DNA of 64,000 nt from Myxococcales bacterium. GTDB lineage: Bacteria; Myxococcota_A; Polyangia; Polyangiales; Polyangiaceae. The position numbers were made by a program, and so were the translations under genes. Positions 29,672 to 41,351 of the stretch are shown here, piece by piece. The notes beneath the pieces were generated by a model. The model was given only the letters and a program-made list of their open reading frames with translations. It searched no databases and had not been told where the DNA came from. Numbering within the stretch: position 1 is the stretch's first letter; each line of letters opens with the position of its first letter. Where the stretch lies: assembly GCA_040348565.1 (NCBI GenBank), contig JBEQSW010000431.1, positions 4,656 through 68,655 on the forward strand, read 5' to 3'.

Positions 29672-32600
29672 ATGGCGCAAAGTGAGCGGGGGCTGTACGA
29701 GACGCTGGTTACGGAGGCGATGGCGGCGCAGTTGGCGGGGCTGGAGGGGGGGCTGCAGGCTCGGCGTTCGGAGTTGCATGAGGCGGAGGCGGCGGACCGG
29801 ATTGCGCTGCATTTGGGGCGGGTGATCGAGCGGGCGATTGCAGCGCTGGATAAGCGGGAGCGGGTGAAGGTGGGGACGCGGCTGGCGAGGCAGCTGGTGG
29901 ACCAGGTGGTGGAGGCCACGAAGAAGGGCGAGCTTTCGGGCGAGCGCCCGGTGGAAGCGGGTGACGTGCTGCGGAGCGTGCTCGGACGGCTGCCGGATGG
30001 CAGCGACGAGACGATCGAACAGCCGCTGATGCCTTTGTTCGATACGACGCTGCTGACGAACGCGCCCGGGGAGCCGCGGGTCGGCAGCCAGGTGCTCACG
30101 GAGGTGCATTCAGCGGATCGCATCGACGTGGTGATGGCGTTCATCCGTCGCAGTGGCATCCGGCCGCTGCTCGACGCGCTGCGCGCCCACTGTCAGGCGG
30201 GGCGCGCGCTGCGGGTTTTGACTACCACTTACACCGGGTCGACCGAAGGGGAGGCGCTGGACGATTTGCGTGGTTTGGGCGCGGACGTGCGCGTTTCTTA
30301 CGACCAGGGCAGTACTCGGTTGCACGCCAAGGCTTGGTACTTCTATCGACACTCGGGGTTCTCGACCGCCTATATCGGTTCGTCGAATCTGACCCACTCC
30401 GCGCAAGTGAGTGGTCTCGAGTGGAATGTGCGGGCGTCGCGCGCGCGCAATCCGAGCGTGGTCGACAAGGTGGCCGCCGTTTTCGACAGCTACTGGAACA
30501 GTGGCGATTTTCTGGCCTACGATCCGGAGCAGTTTCGGGCGGCCATGGCCCATGCCGAGCGCGATCGGGTCGCGGTCGTGATGAGCCCGATTGAGCTGCG
30601 CCCCGAGCCGTTTCAAGAGCGGTTGCTGGAGCAAGTGGCGCTGGCACGAGGGCTCGGTCACCACAAAAACTTGCTGGTCTCAGCCACCGGCACGGGCAAG
30701 ACGGTAATGGCCGCCCTGGACTACGGGCGCCTGCGCGAGTCGCTACCTCGAGCGCGGCTGCTGTTCGTCGCGCACCGGGAGGAGATTCTGACGCAGACGC
30801 TGGCCACGTTTCGGCACGCGCTGCGCGACTACGCCTTTGGTGAGCTGTGGGTGGGGCGTGCGCGGCCGCAGCGTTTTGAGCACGTTTTTGCCTCGATCCA
30901 GAGCCTGACCGCCACCGGCTTGGACCACCTCGCGTCAGACCACTTCGACGTCGTGATGGTGGACGAGTTCCATCACGCGGGGGCGGCGACGTACCGGCGC
31001 TTGCTGGAGCACCTGCAGCCGGTCGAGTTGCTGGGACTGACGGCTACGCCCGAACGCAGTGACGGCTTGCCGGTGCTCGATTGGTTCGACGGGCGCATCG
31101 CGGCGGAGCTCCGGCTGTGGGACGCGGTCGATCAGCACCGGCTAGTACCGTTCGCGTACTACGGGGTGCACGACGGACTGGATCTGCGAGTGGTGCCCTG
31201 GCGACGTGGCCGCGGCTATGATGTCGAGGGGCTCAGCAATCTGCTGACCGGCAACAACGCGTGGGCACACCTGGTCATTCAGGAGCTGACCCGTCGCGTA
31301 GACTCGGTCGGTAAGATGCGAGCGCTGGGTTTCTGCGTCAGCATCCAGCACGCGCAGTTCATGGCGCGTATGTTCCAGGAAGCAGGCATAGCGGCCGTGG
31401 CCATCTGGTCCGACACGTTGGAACATGAGCGGCGGCAAGCGCTGCTGGATCTGGCCGAGCGCCGGGTGAACGTCGTCTTCTCGGTCGATCTGTTCAACGA
31501 AGGGGTAGATGTTCCGGCCGTCGACACGCTGCTGATGCTTCGGCCAACCGAGAGCCCGACGCTGTTCTTGCAGCAGCTGGGTCGTGGGCTTCGGCGGCAC
31601 CCGTCGAAGACGGTATGCACCGTGCTCGACTTCGTGGGCTTGCACCGGTCGGAGTTTCGCTTCGATCGCAAGCTGCGGGCATTGTTGGGCGGTAGCCGGA
31701 GCGACGTCGCCGCGCAGGTCGAGCACGGGTTTCCGTTCTTGCCGGCGGGCTGTCACATGGAGCTGGACCGCGTGGCCAGCCAGATCGTGCTCGCGAGCAT
31801 CAAGAACGCGGTGCCGTCGCGCTGGGCCGCCAAGGTCGAGGAGCTGCGGCTGCATTCGGGGTCGAAGCCTGACTTCACGCTTCAGTCGTTCCTCGACGCG
31901 GCCGGGCTCGAGCTGGAGGATGTGTACGCCGGCAGCAAGAGTTGGTCGGACCTGTGTCAGGACGCCGGGCTCGCGACACTGCCGTCTGGTCCTGCGGAAG
32001 AGCAGCTGCGGCGAGCGTGTGGACGTCTCTTGCATGTCGACGACGCCGCGCGCATCCAAGGCTACCAAACCCTACTCGCCGGCGACTCCGTTCCCGATCC
32101 GAGCGCGCTGTCGGAAGCCGACCGGCGCCTTCTGCGTATGCTCGTCGCTTCCCTCGTCGACAAGGCCGTGACCAGCTCTGCCTCGCTCCGCGAAGGTTGC
32201 GAGCTCCTCTGGAATCACCCGCAAATTCGGCGCGAAGTCCTGGCCTTGATGGCCACGCTTGCCGAGCGCGTCGAGCACATCACCACCGCCCTGTCGGGCC
32301 CAAGCCCGGTGCCGCTCGCCGTCCATGGCCGCTACACGCGCATCGAGATTTTGGCCGCCTTCGGCATCGGCGACGGCGCCAAAGTCGCCCCCTGGCAAAC
32401 CGGCGTCTACTGGGCCAGCAAAGCCGCCGCCGACCTCCTCGCCTTCACTCTGGACAAGACCAGCGGCCAGTTCTCCCCCACCACCCGCTACCGCGACTAC
32501 GCCATCAGCCGCGACCTCATCCACTGGGAAAGCCAGTCAGTCACGCGCGCCGACAGCGAAACCGGCGTGCGGTACCAAAACCACGTCGCGCAAGGCTCCC

Positions 32601-32767
32601 GCATCATGCTGTTCGCGCGCCGGCAAAGCACCGACCGCGCTTTCTACTTCTTGGGACCGGCGACCTACGTGAAGCACGAGTCGGAGTTACCGATGTCGAT
32701 CACGTGGCGGCTCGAACGGGCGTTGCCTGGCGACCTGTTTGCGGACTTCGCGGCGGCGGTGGCGTGA
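29672..32767 (+). CDS. SauUSI-like type IV restriction enzyme: PLD(HKD) nuclease + SF2 helicase + DUF3427
   Basis: 'RLHAKAW...AYIGSSNLT' (PLD); 'ATGTGKT', 'DEFHH', 'LTATPER', 'VDLFNEGVD', 'QQLGRGLR' (SF2); C-terminal 'YRDYAISRDLIHWESQS...FYFLGP' (DUF3427). Confidence 0.88.
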   Translation: MAQSERGLYETLVTEAMAAQLAGLEGGLQARRSELHEAEAADRIALHLGRVIERAIAALDKRERVKVGTRLARQLVDQVVEATKKGELSGERPVEAGDVLRSVLGRLPDGSDETIEQPLMPLFDTTLLTNAPGEPRVGSQVLTEVHSADRIDVVMAFIRRSGIRPLLDALRAHCQAGRALRVLTTTYTGSTEGEALDDLRGLGADVRVSYDQGSTRLHAKAWYFYRHSGFSTAYIGSSNLTHSAQVSGLEWNVRASRARNPSVVDKVAAVFDSYWNSGDFLAYDPEQFRAAMAHAERDRVAVVMSPIELRPEPFQERLLEQVALARGLGHHKNLLVSATGTGKTVMAALDYGRLRESLPRARLLFVAHREEILTQTLATFRHALRDYAFGELWVGRARPQRFEHVFASIQSLTATGLDHLASDHFDVVMVDEFHHAGAATYRRLLEHLQPVELLGLTATPERSDGLPVLDWFDGRIAAELRLWDAVDQHRLVPFAYYGVHDGLDLRVVPWRRGRGYDVEGLSNLLTGNNAWAHLVIQELTRRVDSVGKMRALGFCVSIQHAQFMARMFQEAGIAAVAIWSDTLEHERRQALLDLAERRVNVVFSVDLFNEGVDVPAVDTLLMLRPTESPTLFLQQLGRGLRRHPSKTVCTVLDFVGLHRSEFRFDRKLRALLGGSRSDVAAQVEHGFPFLPAGCHMELDRVASQIVLASIKNAVPSRWAAKVEELRLHSGSKPDFTLQSFLDAAGLELEDVYAGSKSWSDLCQDAGLATLPSGPAEEQLRRACGRLLHVDDAARIQGYQTLLAGDSVPDPSALSEADRRLLRMLVASLVDKAVTSSASLREGCELLWNHPQIRREVLALMATLAERVEHITTALSGPSPVPLAVHGRYTRIEILAAFGIGDGAKVAPWQTGVYWASKAAADLLAFTLDKTSGQFSPTTRYRDYAISRDLIHWESQSVTRADSETGVRYQNHVAQGSRIMLFARRQSTDRAFYFLGPATYVKHESELPMSITWRLERALPGDLFADFAAAVA

Positions 32768-32817
32768 AGCCGCCCGACGCAGGACGACAGGCTAATAACA
32801 GTCGGGCAAGCAAAGCG

Positions 32818-33591
32818 CTAAACACGCTTCAAGAACGAGTCGACGATTGCGATGACCTCGTTGGGCGATTCGATGTGTGGGTAGTGGCCGGCGCTGAGAC
32901 GTTCGAGGCGCGCGTTGGGGGCGAGGCGATGAAGGGTTTCTTCGTCGACGGGGAGCATGCTGGCCAGGTACAGCAGGGGTAACTGACACGAGGCGAGGGC
33001 GTTGTTGGCGTCCCATTGGGCGACGCTGTCGAAGGCTCGCGAGAAGATGGCTTGCGGGGCAGCGCTAGCGCGATCGAGCAGGTACTGATGCTTGTCGGGG
33101 TTCCGGCTCGGAACGCCGAAGCCGCCGATCAAGCCCAGCAGGGGTGCCCGCCAGTCGTCGGTGTGCAAGCCTTCGAGCACGGGAGCGAAGGCCTTCCAGG
33201 CGGCAGCCGGCATGCACACGGATGCATCGAGTAACGCCAGGCCTGCCAGCAATGATGGTGACTTGCGCGCCAGCTCGACCCCCACGACGCCGCCCAGGCT
33301 GTGGCCGATCACTACCGGTCTGTCCAGCTCGAGGGCGCGGCAGAGCCACTCCACGTCGGACACGTAGTCACCGATCGTCAACCCGTCGCTCGGCGCTGGG
33401 GAGCTCTTTCCATGGCCTCGCAGGTCGACCGCTACGACGCGGTGCTTGGCTTGGAATGCGGCCAAAAGCTGGTCGAAATCATGCAGATCGCAACTAATGC
33501 CGTGCAAGAAGAGCAGCGGGGGGCGGCGAGTGCCGAGGTCTTCGAAATGGAATTTCGTGCTCGCGTCGCGCTCGATGAACGGCATGGACAC
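32818..33591 (-). CDS. Alpha/beta hydrolase
   Basis: 'FLHG', 'DLRGHGKS', 'GHSLGG', 'GHYPHIESP'. Confidence 0.9.
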   Translation of the reverse strand: MSMPFIERDASTKFHFEDLGTRRPPLLFLHGISCDLHDFDQLLAAFQAKHRVVAVDLRGHGKSSPAPSDGLTIGDYVSDVEWLCRALELDRPVVIGHSLGGVVGVELARKSPSLLAGLALLDASVCMPAAAWKAFAPVLEGLHTDDWRAPLLGLIGGFGVPSRNPDKHQYLLDRASAAPQAIFSRAFDSVAQWDANNALASCQLPLLYLASMLPVDEETLHRLAPNARLERLSAGHYPHIESPNEVIAIVDSFLKRV

Positions 33592-34542
33592 ATCGTAGCT
33601 GATGGCTAGGGCCTTGTGCGCGCGTAGGGGCTAGTCGCCCGCTTCGGTCCCCCGTATAAAGACCCATGCCGCAGAACCAGACGGAGCGCCCCCCTACCGC
33701 AGGGTTAGGGCCGCCGTCTGCAGGCCTCACCCTCGACGGGCGCTACCGACTGGAGCGCCTGCTCGCCCGCGGGGGCATGGGCGAAGTATGGGCCGCCGTC
33801 GACGTGAGTCGCGGCGGACACTTTGCCATCAAGATTGCGCGTGAAGCGCCGACGCAACAAGTCGAGCTGCGCCGGCGCCTGTTGAGAGAAGCCAAGGCGG
33901 CGTCGAGCATTTCTCACCCGAACGTGCTCGAGGTGCTCGACGTGTTCGAGCTGCCGGATGGCAAGCCGGCCATGGTCACGCCGCTGCTGGAGGGCGAGAC
34001 ACTCGGCGCGCTCCTCGCGCGTGAAGGCTCGCTCAGCGTGCACCAGACGTTGGAGCTGATGCTCCCCGTCGTCGACGCGATCGTTGCGGCACACCGCGCG
34101 GGGATCGTTCACCGGGACATCAAGCCGGACAACATCTTTCTTCAGCGTCAGGGTGAGTTGAAAGTGCTCGATTTCGGCATCGCCAAGCTCCGGCCGACGC
34201 GCGACGTGAACGAGAGCAGCATTACCGGAACCGGCAATTGGCTGGGCACTCCTAGCTACATGGCGCCCGAGCAGGCGTTTGGTGACGCTCCCATCGACGA
34301 ACGCGTCGACGCTTGGGCCATCGGTGTCATCCTGTACGAGTGCCTGGCCGGGCTGCGCCCGATCGAAGGCGAGAACCAGCAGCAAGTGCTGCGCAATTTG
34401 CTCACGCAGGGCATCATGCCGCTCCACCTGGTACGGCCGGACGTGCCCCGCGGGATGAGCGAGCTGGTCATGCGTCTTTTGGCTCGAGAACCCCACAAGC
34501 GCTGTGGTGGCCTGGTTGAGGTCCGTGATCTGCTGGTTGCCT

Positions 34543-36261
<1,719 letters not shown>

Positions 36262-36393
36262 GTGGACCAGCTGTGCGTAGCAGGCCTTGTTCTTCGCGAG
36301 AAGCCGGTTCGCGGGGGGCAGCTGAGGTAAGGACTCAGATGAGGGTTTCCCCCCTCAGCATGCGTGAGCCTCGCCCCTCCGTCGCTCCTGGGC

Positions 36394-37041
36394 CTACTTG
36401 CTCAAAACGACGTGCGTGGCGCGCTCGGTGGGGACGTGCTGGGTGCACTTGTAGCCGAGGCTCGCGGTGTCGATGCCGCTGAGCAGGTGCTCGCCTTTGC
36501 CTAGAAGTATGGGCGATATGGCGAGGTGCAGCTCGTCGATCAGGCCGGCGCTGAGGTACTGGCGAACGGTGGCGGTGCCGCCTCCGATGCGGATTTCCTT
36601 GCCCTGGGCCGCCTCTTTCGCGCGCGCGAGCGCGGCGTGGATGCCGTCCGTGACGAAGTGGAACGTCGTCCCGCCCTCCATGGTGAGCGAAGGTCGCGCG
36701 TGGTGGGTGAGCACGAAGACGGGCACGTGGTACGGCGGATTGCTGCCCCACCAGCCCTTCCAGTCGTCGTCTGGCCAAGCGCCGCGCGACGGCGCAAACA
36801 TGTTGCGACCCATGATCCAGGCGCCCACGTTCACGAAGCTGCGCGCGGCAAAGCCGTCGTCGACGTCTTCGCGGGCACCCTCGGCCGGCGCGCCAATCAT
36901 GTTCTGAAAAGTCTTCGTGCCCACGAACCAGGCGTGCAAGCCGCTGCCCCCGACACCCATGGGATTTTCCAAAGTCTGATCCGGACCGGCACCGTAGCCG
37001 TCGAGCGAGATGGTGAATGCGTTGACGCGAACTTTGCTCAT
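36394..37041 (-). CDS. Dihydrofolate reductase-like (RibD C-terminal) family protein
   Basis: 'ISLDGYGAGP', 'IMGRNMF', 'PVFVLTH', 'IGGGTATVRQYL...DELHL'. Confidence 0.92.
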   Translation of the reverse strand: MSKVRVNAFTISLDGYGAGPDQTLENPMGVGGSGLHAWFVGTKTFQNMIGAPAEGAREDVDDGFAARSFVNVGAWIMGRNMFAPSRGAWPDDDWKGWWGSNPPYHVPVFVLTHHARPSLTMEGGTTFHFVTDGIHAALARAKEAAQGKEIRIGGGTATVRQYLSAGLIDELHLAISPILLGKGEHLLSGIDTASLGYKCTQHVPTERATHVVLSK

Positions 37042-37063
37042 GGTCGTAACTCCTCCCAGAAGC

Positions 37064-37090
37064 GACGAACGAGCGCGAGCCCGATCGACA
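37064..37090 (-). promoter_or_regulatory. ECF42-type promoter (TGTCGA-N17-CGTC)
   Basis: Minus strand TGTCGA (37090-37085), 17 nt, then CGTC (37067-37064), just upstream of the DHFR-like gene RBS. Same geometry as 20392. Confidence 0.55.
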
Positions 37091-37285
37091 CGCCGCGTGA
37101 ATTTTCTTTGCGCGGGTCTCTCACGCCGAAAAAGTCTTTCCATTCAGGCAATTGAGCCCCCAAGGCCCGCAAGCGATCGTGTGGTGGTGGTGGCGGCCAG
37201 GCGCCGTTGGCGGCCGGCCCGGTTCGAGCGCCAGGTCCCTCAATGATGCTGTTCGGCGGCGGTGCACCGCGGCACGCGGTTTGCA

Positions 37286-37320
37286 TTGCGATACGGGTAT
37301 GCGCTGGTATGATGAAAGTA
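37286..37320 (+). promoter_or_regulatory. sigma70-like promoter of the TA operon, probably leaderless, with GTATG operator repeats
   Basis: TTGCGA-N16-TATGAT with an extended -10 (TGG-TATGAT). The ATG starts 7 nt after the -10. GTATG occurs three times. Confidence 0.55.
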
Positions 37321-37556
37321 TGACTGCTGCGAAGATCGCGATCACCTTGCCGCGGCCGCTCTTGGCGAAGGTGAAGGGTGCGGTGAAGCGGGGGCGCGCT
37401 GGCTCGGTTTCGGCGTTCGTCTCGGAGGCGCTGGAGGCGCGGGTGCGAGAAGACTCGTTGGCGGGGTTGGTGCGAGATTTGATTGCCGAGCATGGCGAGC
37501 CGTCGCGAAAGGACAAGGCATGGGCAAGGCGCGTGCTCGGATCGAAGCCGAGATAG
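37320..37556 (+). CDS. Ribbon-helix-helix antitoxin (VapB-like)
   Basis: 'KIAITLP...SVSAFVSEAL' RHH pattern; 78 aa; overlaps a PIN gene. Confidence 0.85.
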   Translation: MTAAKIAITLPRPLLAKVKGAVKRGRAGSVSAFVSEALEARVREDSLAGLVRDLIAEHGEPSRKDKAWARRVLGSKPR

Positions 37557-37927
37557 GGGTCACGTTCGATACCGGCGCTTTAATTGCGCTGGAGCGAGGG
37601 GATGGTCGCATGCTGGCTTTGCTGCAGCTCCTGGCGCGTGACCGCTCCCGCATCCGTATTCCGGCGGGCGTGGCCGGCCAGGCCTGGCGAGGTGGCAGGC
37701 GGCAGGCCGTGCTCGCGCGGCTGTTCTCCTCGCCCGAAGTGGAGGTTCCCAGCCTCGATCTCTCGATGGCACAAGCTAGCGGTGAGCTGTGTGCGGCGAC
37801 GGGTACGTCCGACGTCATCGACGCATCGGTCGTGCTGGTGGCTCGTGAGCATCACGATGCCATCGTCACCAGCGACGTGGAAGATCTGCGCCGCCTCGAC
37901 CCGTCAGCGCGGCTCGAGCGGATCTAG
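37520..37927 (+). CDS. vapC: PIN-domain toxin (VapC-like)
   Basis: 'TFDTGALIA', 'DVIDASVV', 'IVTSDVEDL'. Start uncertain. Confidence 0.85.
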   Translation: MGKARARIEAEIGVTFDTGALIALERGDGRMLALLQLLARDRSRIRIPAGVAGQAWRGGRRQAVLARLFSSPEVEVPSLDLSMAQASGELCAATGTSDVIDASVVLVAREHHDAIVTSDVEDLRRLDPSARLERI

Positions 37928-37973
37928 ACGGTTCGGAGCGAGGCCTCGTTTCGGCCGACTACGAAGCGGCCGA

Positions 37974-38714
37974 CTACGGAGGATTCACGGCGGCGGCCAC
38001 GGCGACGTCCGTGTGCCAGCTCCGGCCCAGCGCCGTCTCGATGCCGAAGCGCTCCAATCCAGGCCAGACGACCGCGTCGAGCGTTTCGCGCACGATGCGC
38101 TGCCGGTCGGGGCGCGACAAAACCCCCAGGCCGGAGAGCTCGCTGGCGCATGGGTCGAGGGCCACGTCCGTGCCGAAGAAGTCACCACCTAGGGTGTCTT
38201 GCAGCATTTGCGGCAGATGGGGTCCGACGCAGTCGCGCGCGCCGCGTGCGTGCTCCTGCGCCAAGAGCGCCCAGCCAAGTCGGCTGTGATTCACCTCGTC
38301 GCGCAGAATTTCGTGCATGGCTCGTCGGCACCGCGGATCTTGGGCGCGTGCCACCAGCTCTGCCAGGAGCGCAGTGCTGAGCGTCTCGGTCACGCACGAG
38401 AACGCGACCACCTCATAAAGCACGCGTTCGCGGCCGTCGACGCCGGGCGGCGCGAGCGGGCGAGCCGTGACCATGGGCGTGGGTAACGGCTCGCCGCCCA
38501 AATGCTCGATGAGGTCGAGGCATAGCTTGGCATGTCGGAGCTCGTCCTCGGCTGACTGTTCGGCCATGTCCGCGATCAGCGCGGGGACGTCGTGGGCGCG
38601 AAGCCGTGGCGCAAGCGCGCGGAACCGCTCACTCGCCTCCAGCTCCGACGCATAGCGGTACTGCCACGCACGGCACGCCAGCGCGCGCGCCATGTCCGAT
38701 GGCACGCCGCTCAT
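37974..38714 (-). CDS. Ferritin-like (diiron) domain protein
   Basis: Two 'DE.RH/DE.NH' motifs plus Glu ligands ('SELEA', 'VTETLS'); ATGA overlap with the upstream gene. Confidence 0.85.
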   Translation of the reverse strand: MSGVPSDMARALACRAWQYRYASELEASERFRALAPRLRAHDVPALIADMAEQSAEDELRHAKLCLDLIEHLGGEPLPTPMVTARPLAPPGVDGRERVLYEVVAFSCVTETLSTALLAELVARAQDPRCRRAMHEILRDEVNHSRLGWALLAQEHARGARDCVGPHLPQMLQDTLGGDFFGTDVALDPCASELSGLGVLSRPDRQRIVRETLDAVVWPGLERFGIETALGRSWHTDVAVAAAVNPP

Positions 38715-39280
38715 GGCGCGCAGCAACCTCGACCCGAATCGGCGCCTTTACAGAACCCAGCGCAACAGTCTTGTGTGTTCAGGCAGTCGCGCGCCCAGCA
38801 ACAAGCACACCCGCACGGATCGGCAGCTTTGCCGAAACCCATCGCGTCGGGGTGGCATGCGAGCGCAGTTTCACTACCGGCCGAGCCGCCAGACCCGGCG
38901 CTGCCCACGACGCCTCCGGAGCCGCCATCAGCCGCCTTGCCGCCCGTGGGGTCCATCGCGCCCTTGCCGCCGGTGGCGCTTCCTCCCGCCATCGTCGGAG
39001 AGCCCGCAGCGGCCGAGGAGCTCGATGAACCCGCAGAGCTGGCTCCGCCCGAAGCGCTCGACACGCCTCCGTCGGCCCCCGAAGCGCTCGTCGCGCTCGC
39101 GCCACTCGAGCCGGATCCGCCGGTGCCACCACTATCGGCGGGGTCCACCAACACAGACGTCGTGCCCGCGTCCGACGGGTGTGCGGGCGCGCCGTCTGGC
39201 TCAGCGGCTCCGCGTCCGCACGCGTTGCCGAGCGACGCGCCGCCGAGCACCAAGACATTGAACCACCTCTCGACCCGCAT
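38711..39280 (-). CDS. Lipoprotein with Gly/Ser linker and 11-Cys C-terminal domain
   Basis: Lipobox 'GNAC'; tail 'CHPD...PCGCACCWARDCLNTQDCCAGFCKGADSGRGCCAP'. Confidence 0.7.
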   Translation of the reverse strand: MRVERWFNVLVLGGASLGNACGRGAAEPDGAPAHPSDAGTTSVLVDPADSGGTGGSGSSGASATSASGADGGVSSASGGASSAGSSSSSAAAGSPTMAGGSATGGKGAMDPTGGKAADGGSGGVVGSAGSGGSAGSETALACHPDAMGFGKAADPCGCACCWARDCLNTQDCCAGFCKGADSGRGCCAP

Positions 39281-39608
39281 GAACGTCAGTCTATTGGAAC
39301 CGACCGTGCCGCGCAACGGAGCGCGCCGCTTCGGCAGGCTCAGACAGCGCTGACGCGAGACGCGTCAGATTGCCACGCTCGCGAATGACGACGCGCGAGT
39401 CGTCTCGTGCTCGTCACGATCTCGGATCGAACGAGTGCGCGTTCTCGATTGCGAGACGCGAGTTGACGATGCTAGAGGACGGGCGGTTAGGTAGATGCGG
39501 GTGGCAAGGGTGCAGATCCGGGTACGGGCGAGCTCGTGACCCATAGTGCTCGGGGAGATCTCATTGCTGCCTTGGCGTTGCGCGCGCGACGTCAGAAAGA
39601 GAATGCAG

Positions 39609-41351
39609 ATGAGAAAAAAAGACATCACGCGAATCGTTGGTTCTGGCCTGGTCGTTCTGAGCGCCAGCGTTGCGCCCCACGCCCACGCGCAATTTTATCG
39701 AGACACGTACTTCGAGGCGGAGTGTGCCGACTCAGGGCAAGGGAGCTATACGACCAAACTAACCAGCATCACCGGCTTCGCCGGGACTGGCTACATCCGT
39801 AGCGTCGGCAACACGACGGCCGCGACGTACAACAATACCAGCGCCGATCACGCCATCTACACCTTCAAGGCCTATCGCTACGGCTCCTTCAAGCCTTGGT
39901 TTCGCATCAACACCAACAACAGCGCGTCCGATGACTCGTTCTTCTATCGCATCGACGGTGGCGACTGGTTCTCCATGACCAGCATTCCCGCCGGCAGCGG
40001 CTGGCGCTGGATCGGTGCCGACGAAATGTACATGGGTCCGGGCGCCCATACTCTCGAGATCGCCAATCGCGAAGATGGCCTGAATCTCGACAAATTCGCG
40101 ATGATCTACAGCGGCGCAACCCCTAGCGGCAACGGTGGGCCCGCCTACAATTGCCCGACCCCCTTGTACTTCGAGAGTGAGTGCCGCTCCAGCGCCTGGG
40201 GCCAATATGTTTGGGACAAGAAGGCCAAGACTGGGTTCTCGGGAGCGGGCTACTTGGAGGCCGTCACCACCAACACCGATCCGAACGCGGCGGGGGACGA
40301 AGTCGTTTACCCGTTCGAATCCGCGGGAGGTAGCTACAATCTCTTCTTTCGCATCAACAACAACTCGAACGCCAACAACGACTCCTGGTTTTACCGCGTC
40401 GACAACGGTGCCTGGGTGACCATGAACAACACCAGCGGCCTCGGTAGCGGCTGGCGTTGGGCCCAAGGTTCGGCGGCGGTGTCGTTGCCACGCGGCGACC
40501 ACACCGTGCGTGTGAAGGGCCGGGAAGGCGGCCTCAGCTTGGACAAGCTGGCGTTCGTCCCCACTACCGCGACCGGTCCGTCCGGCACGGGCGCGGGCAG
40601 CGCTGCCGTCAACTGCGAGCCGTTCCAAACCATGGCCGATTGGGACTACTTCGATGTCCTGGCTTACTACGACACGCACGTCAACTACATGACCGCCTAC
40701 GGCGCGGAGGAGCTGCCGATGCATGTCGACTGGCACGCCATCAACGGCTCCGGTGGTGCCAGCGGCGCCGGCAGCGGCATCGCCTTCCTCGGTTTTCACC
40801 GGGCCATGATGAACATGTTCCGGAAATACGCGATGGAGAACGGCGGACGTAATTGGCTGCCCATCAGCACGACGGCGTTGGTCATACCGCCGTGGCTGCC
40901 GGACGCGCTGCAAGCGCTCGGCGGAGCAGGTTTTGTGGATCAGTACGCGCCTCGCGCCAATGATCAGCTCACCAACTACGGCATCCCCGCGTACCTCACC
41001 GTCGCCGGCACGCCGAGCACTCAGTGGCCCAACAATACCGTCTGGGTCAACAACGCTCAGGTCACGTACACGCGCATTGGAGACATTCCCGACCTCGACA
41101 CGTTGGGTCAAGTCATTGGTTCCGAGTACCATGGCTCTCTGCATGGGGCGATCGGTGGCACCATGGGAGCCTTCTATTCGCCCGCGGATCCCATCTTCTA
41201 CGGCTGGCACGGCTTGATCGACACCTTGGCCGACGTCTGGCTCGCGACCCCCAAGGGCAAAGCTTGGGCGGCGGCGCATCCGAATCATCCGTTCTTGGCA
41301 GTCGGGTTCACGAGTCACGAGGGCTGGGACAACGCTGACTTCGTGCCTTGA
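39609..41351 (+). CDS. Secreted tyrosinase-family type-3 copper protein with two N-terminal CBM-like beta-sandwich domains
   Basis: Signal peptide ending AHA; duplicated 'YFE.EC...GF.G.GY...FRIN...DS..YR.D.G.W'; CuA 'HVDWH...FLGFHR'; CuB 'YHGSLH...SPADPIFYGWH'. Confidence 0.82.
   Translation: MRKKDITRIVGSGLVVLSASVAPHAHAQFYRDTYFEAECADSGQGSYTTKLTSITGFAGTGYIRSVGNTTAATYNNTSADHAIYTFKAYRYGSFKPWFRINTNNSASDDSFFYRIDGGDWFSMTSIPAGSGWRWIGADEMYMGPGAHTLEIANREDGLNLDKFAMIYSGATPSGNGGPAYNCPTPLYFESECRSSAWGQYVWDKKAKTGFSGAGYLEAVTTNTDPNAAGDEVVYPFESAGGSYNLFFRINNNSNANNDSWFYRVDNGAWVTMNNTSGLGSGWRWAQGSAAVSLPRGDHTVRVKGREGGLSLDKLAFVPTTATGPSGTGAGSAAVNCEPFQTMADWDYFDVLAYYDTHVNYMTAYGAEELPMHVDWHAINGSGGASGAGSGIAFLGFHRAMMNMFRKYAMENGGRNWLPISTTALVIPPWLPDALQALGGAGFVDQYAPRANDQLTNYGIPAYLTVAGTPSTQWPNNTVWVNNAQVTYTRIGDIPDLDTLGQVIGSEYHGSLHGAIGGTMGAFYSPADPIFYGWHGLIDTLADVWLATPKGKAWAAAHPNHPFLAVGFTSHEGWDNADFVP

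Noticed and set aside
29617-30159. N-terminal extension of the NUDIX ORF
   Set aside because: It overlaps the restriction gene on the opposite strand. The NUDIX fold starts at ATG 29616.
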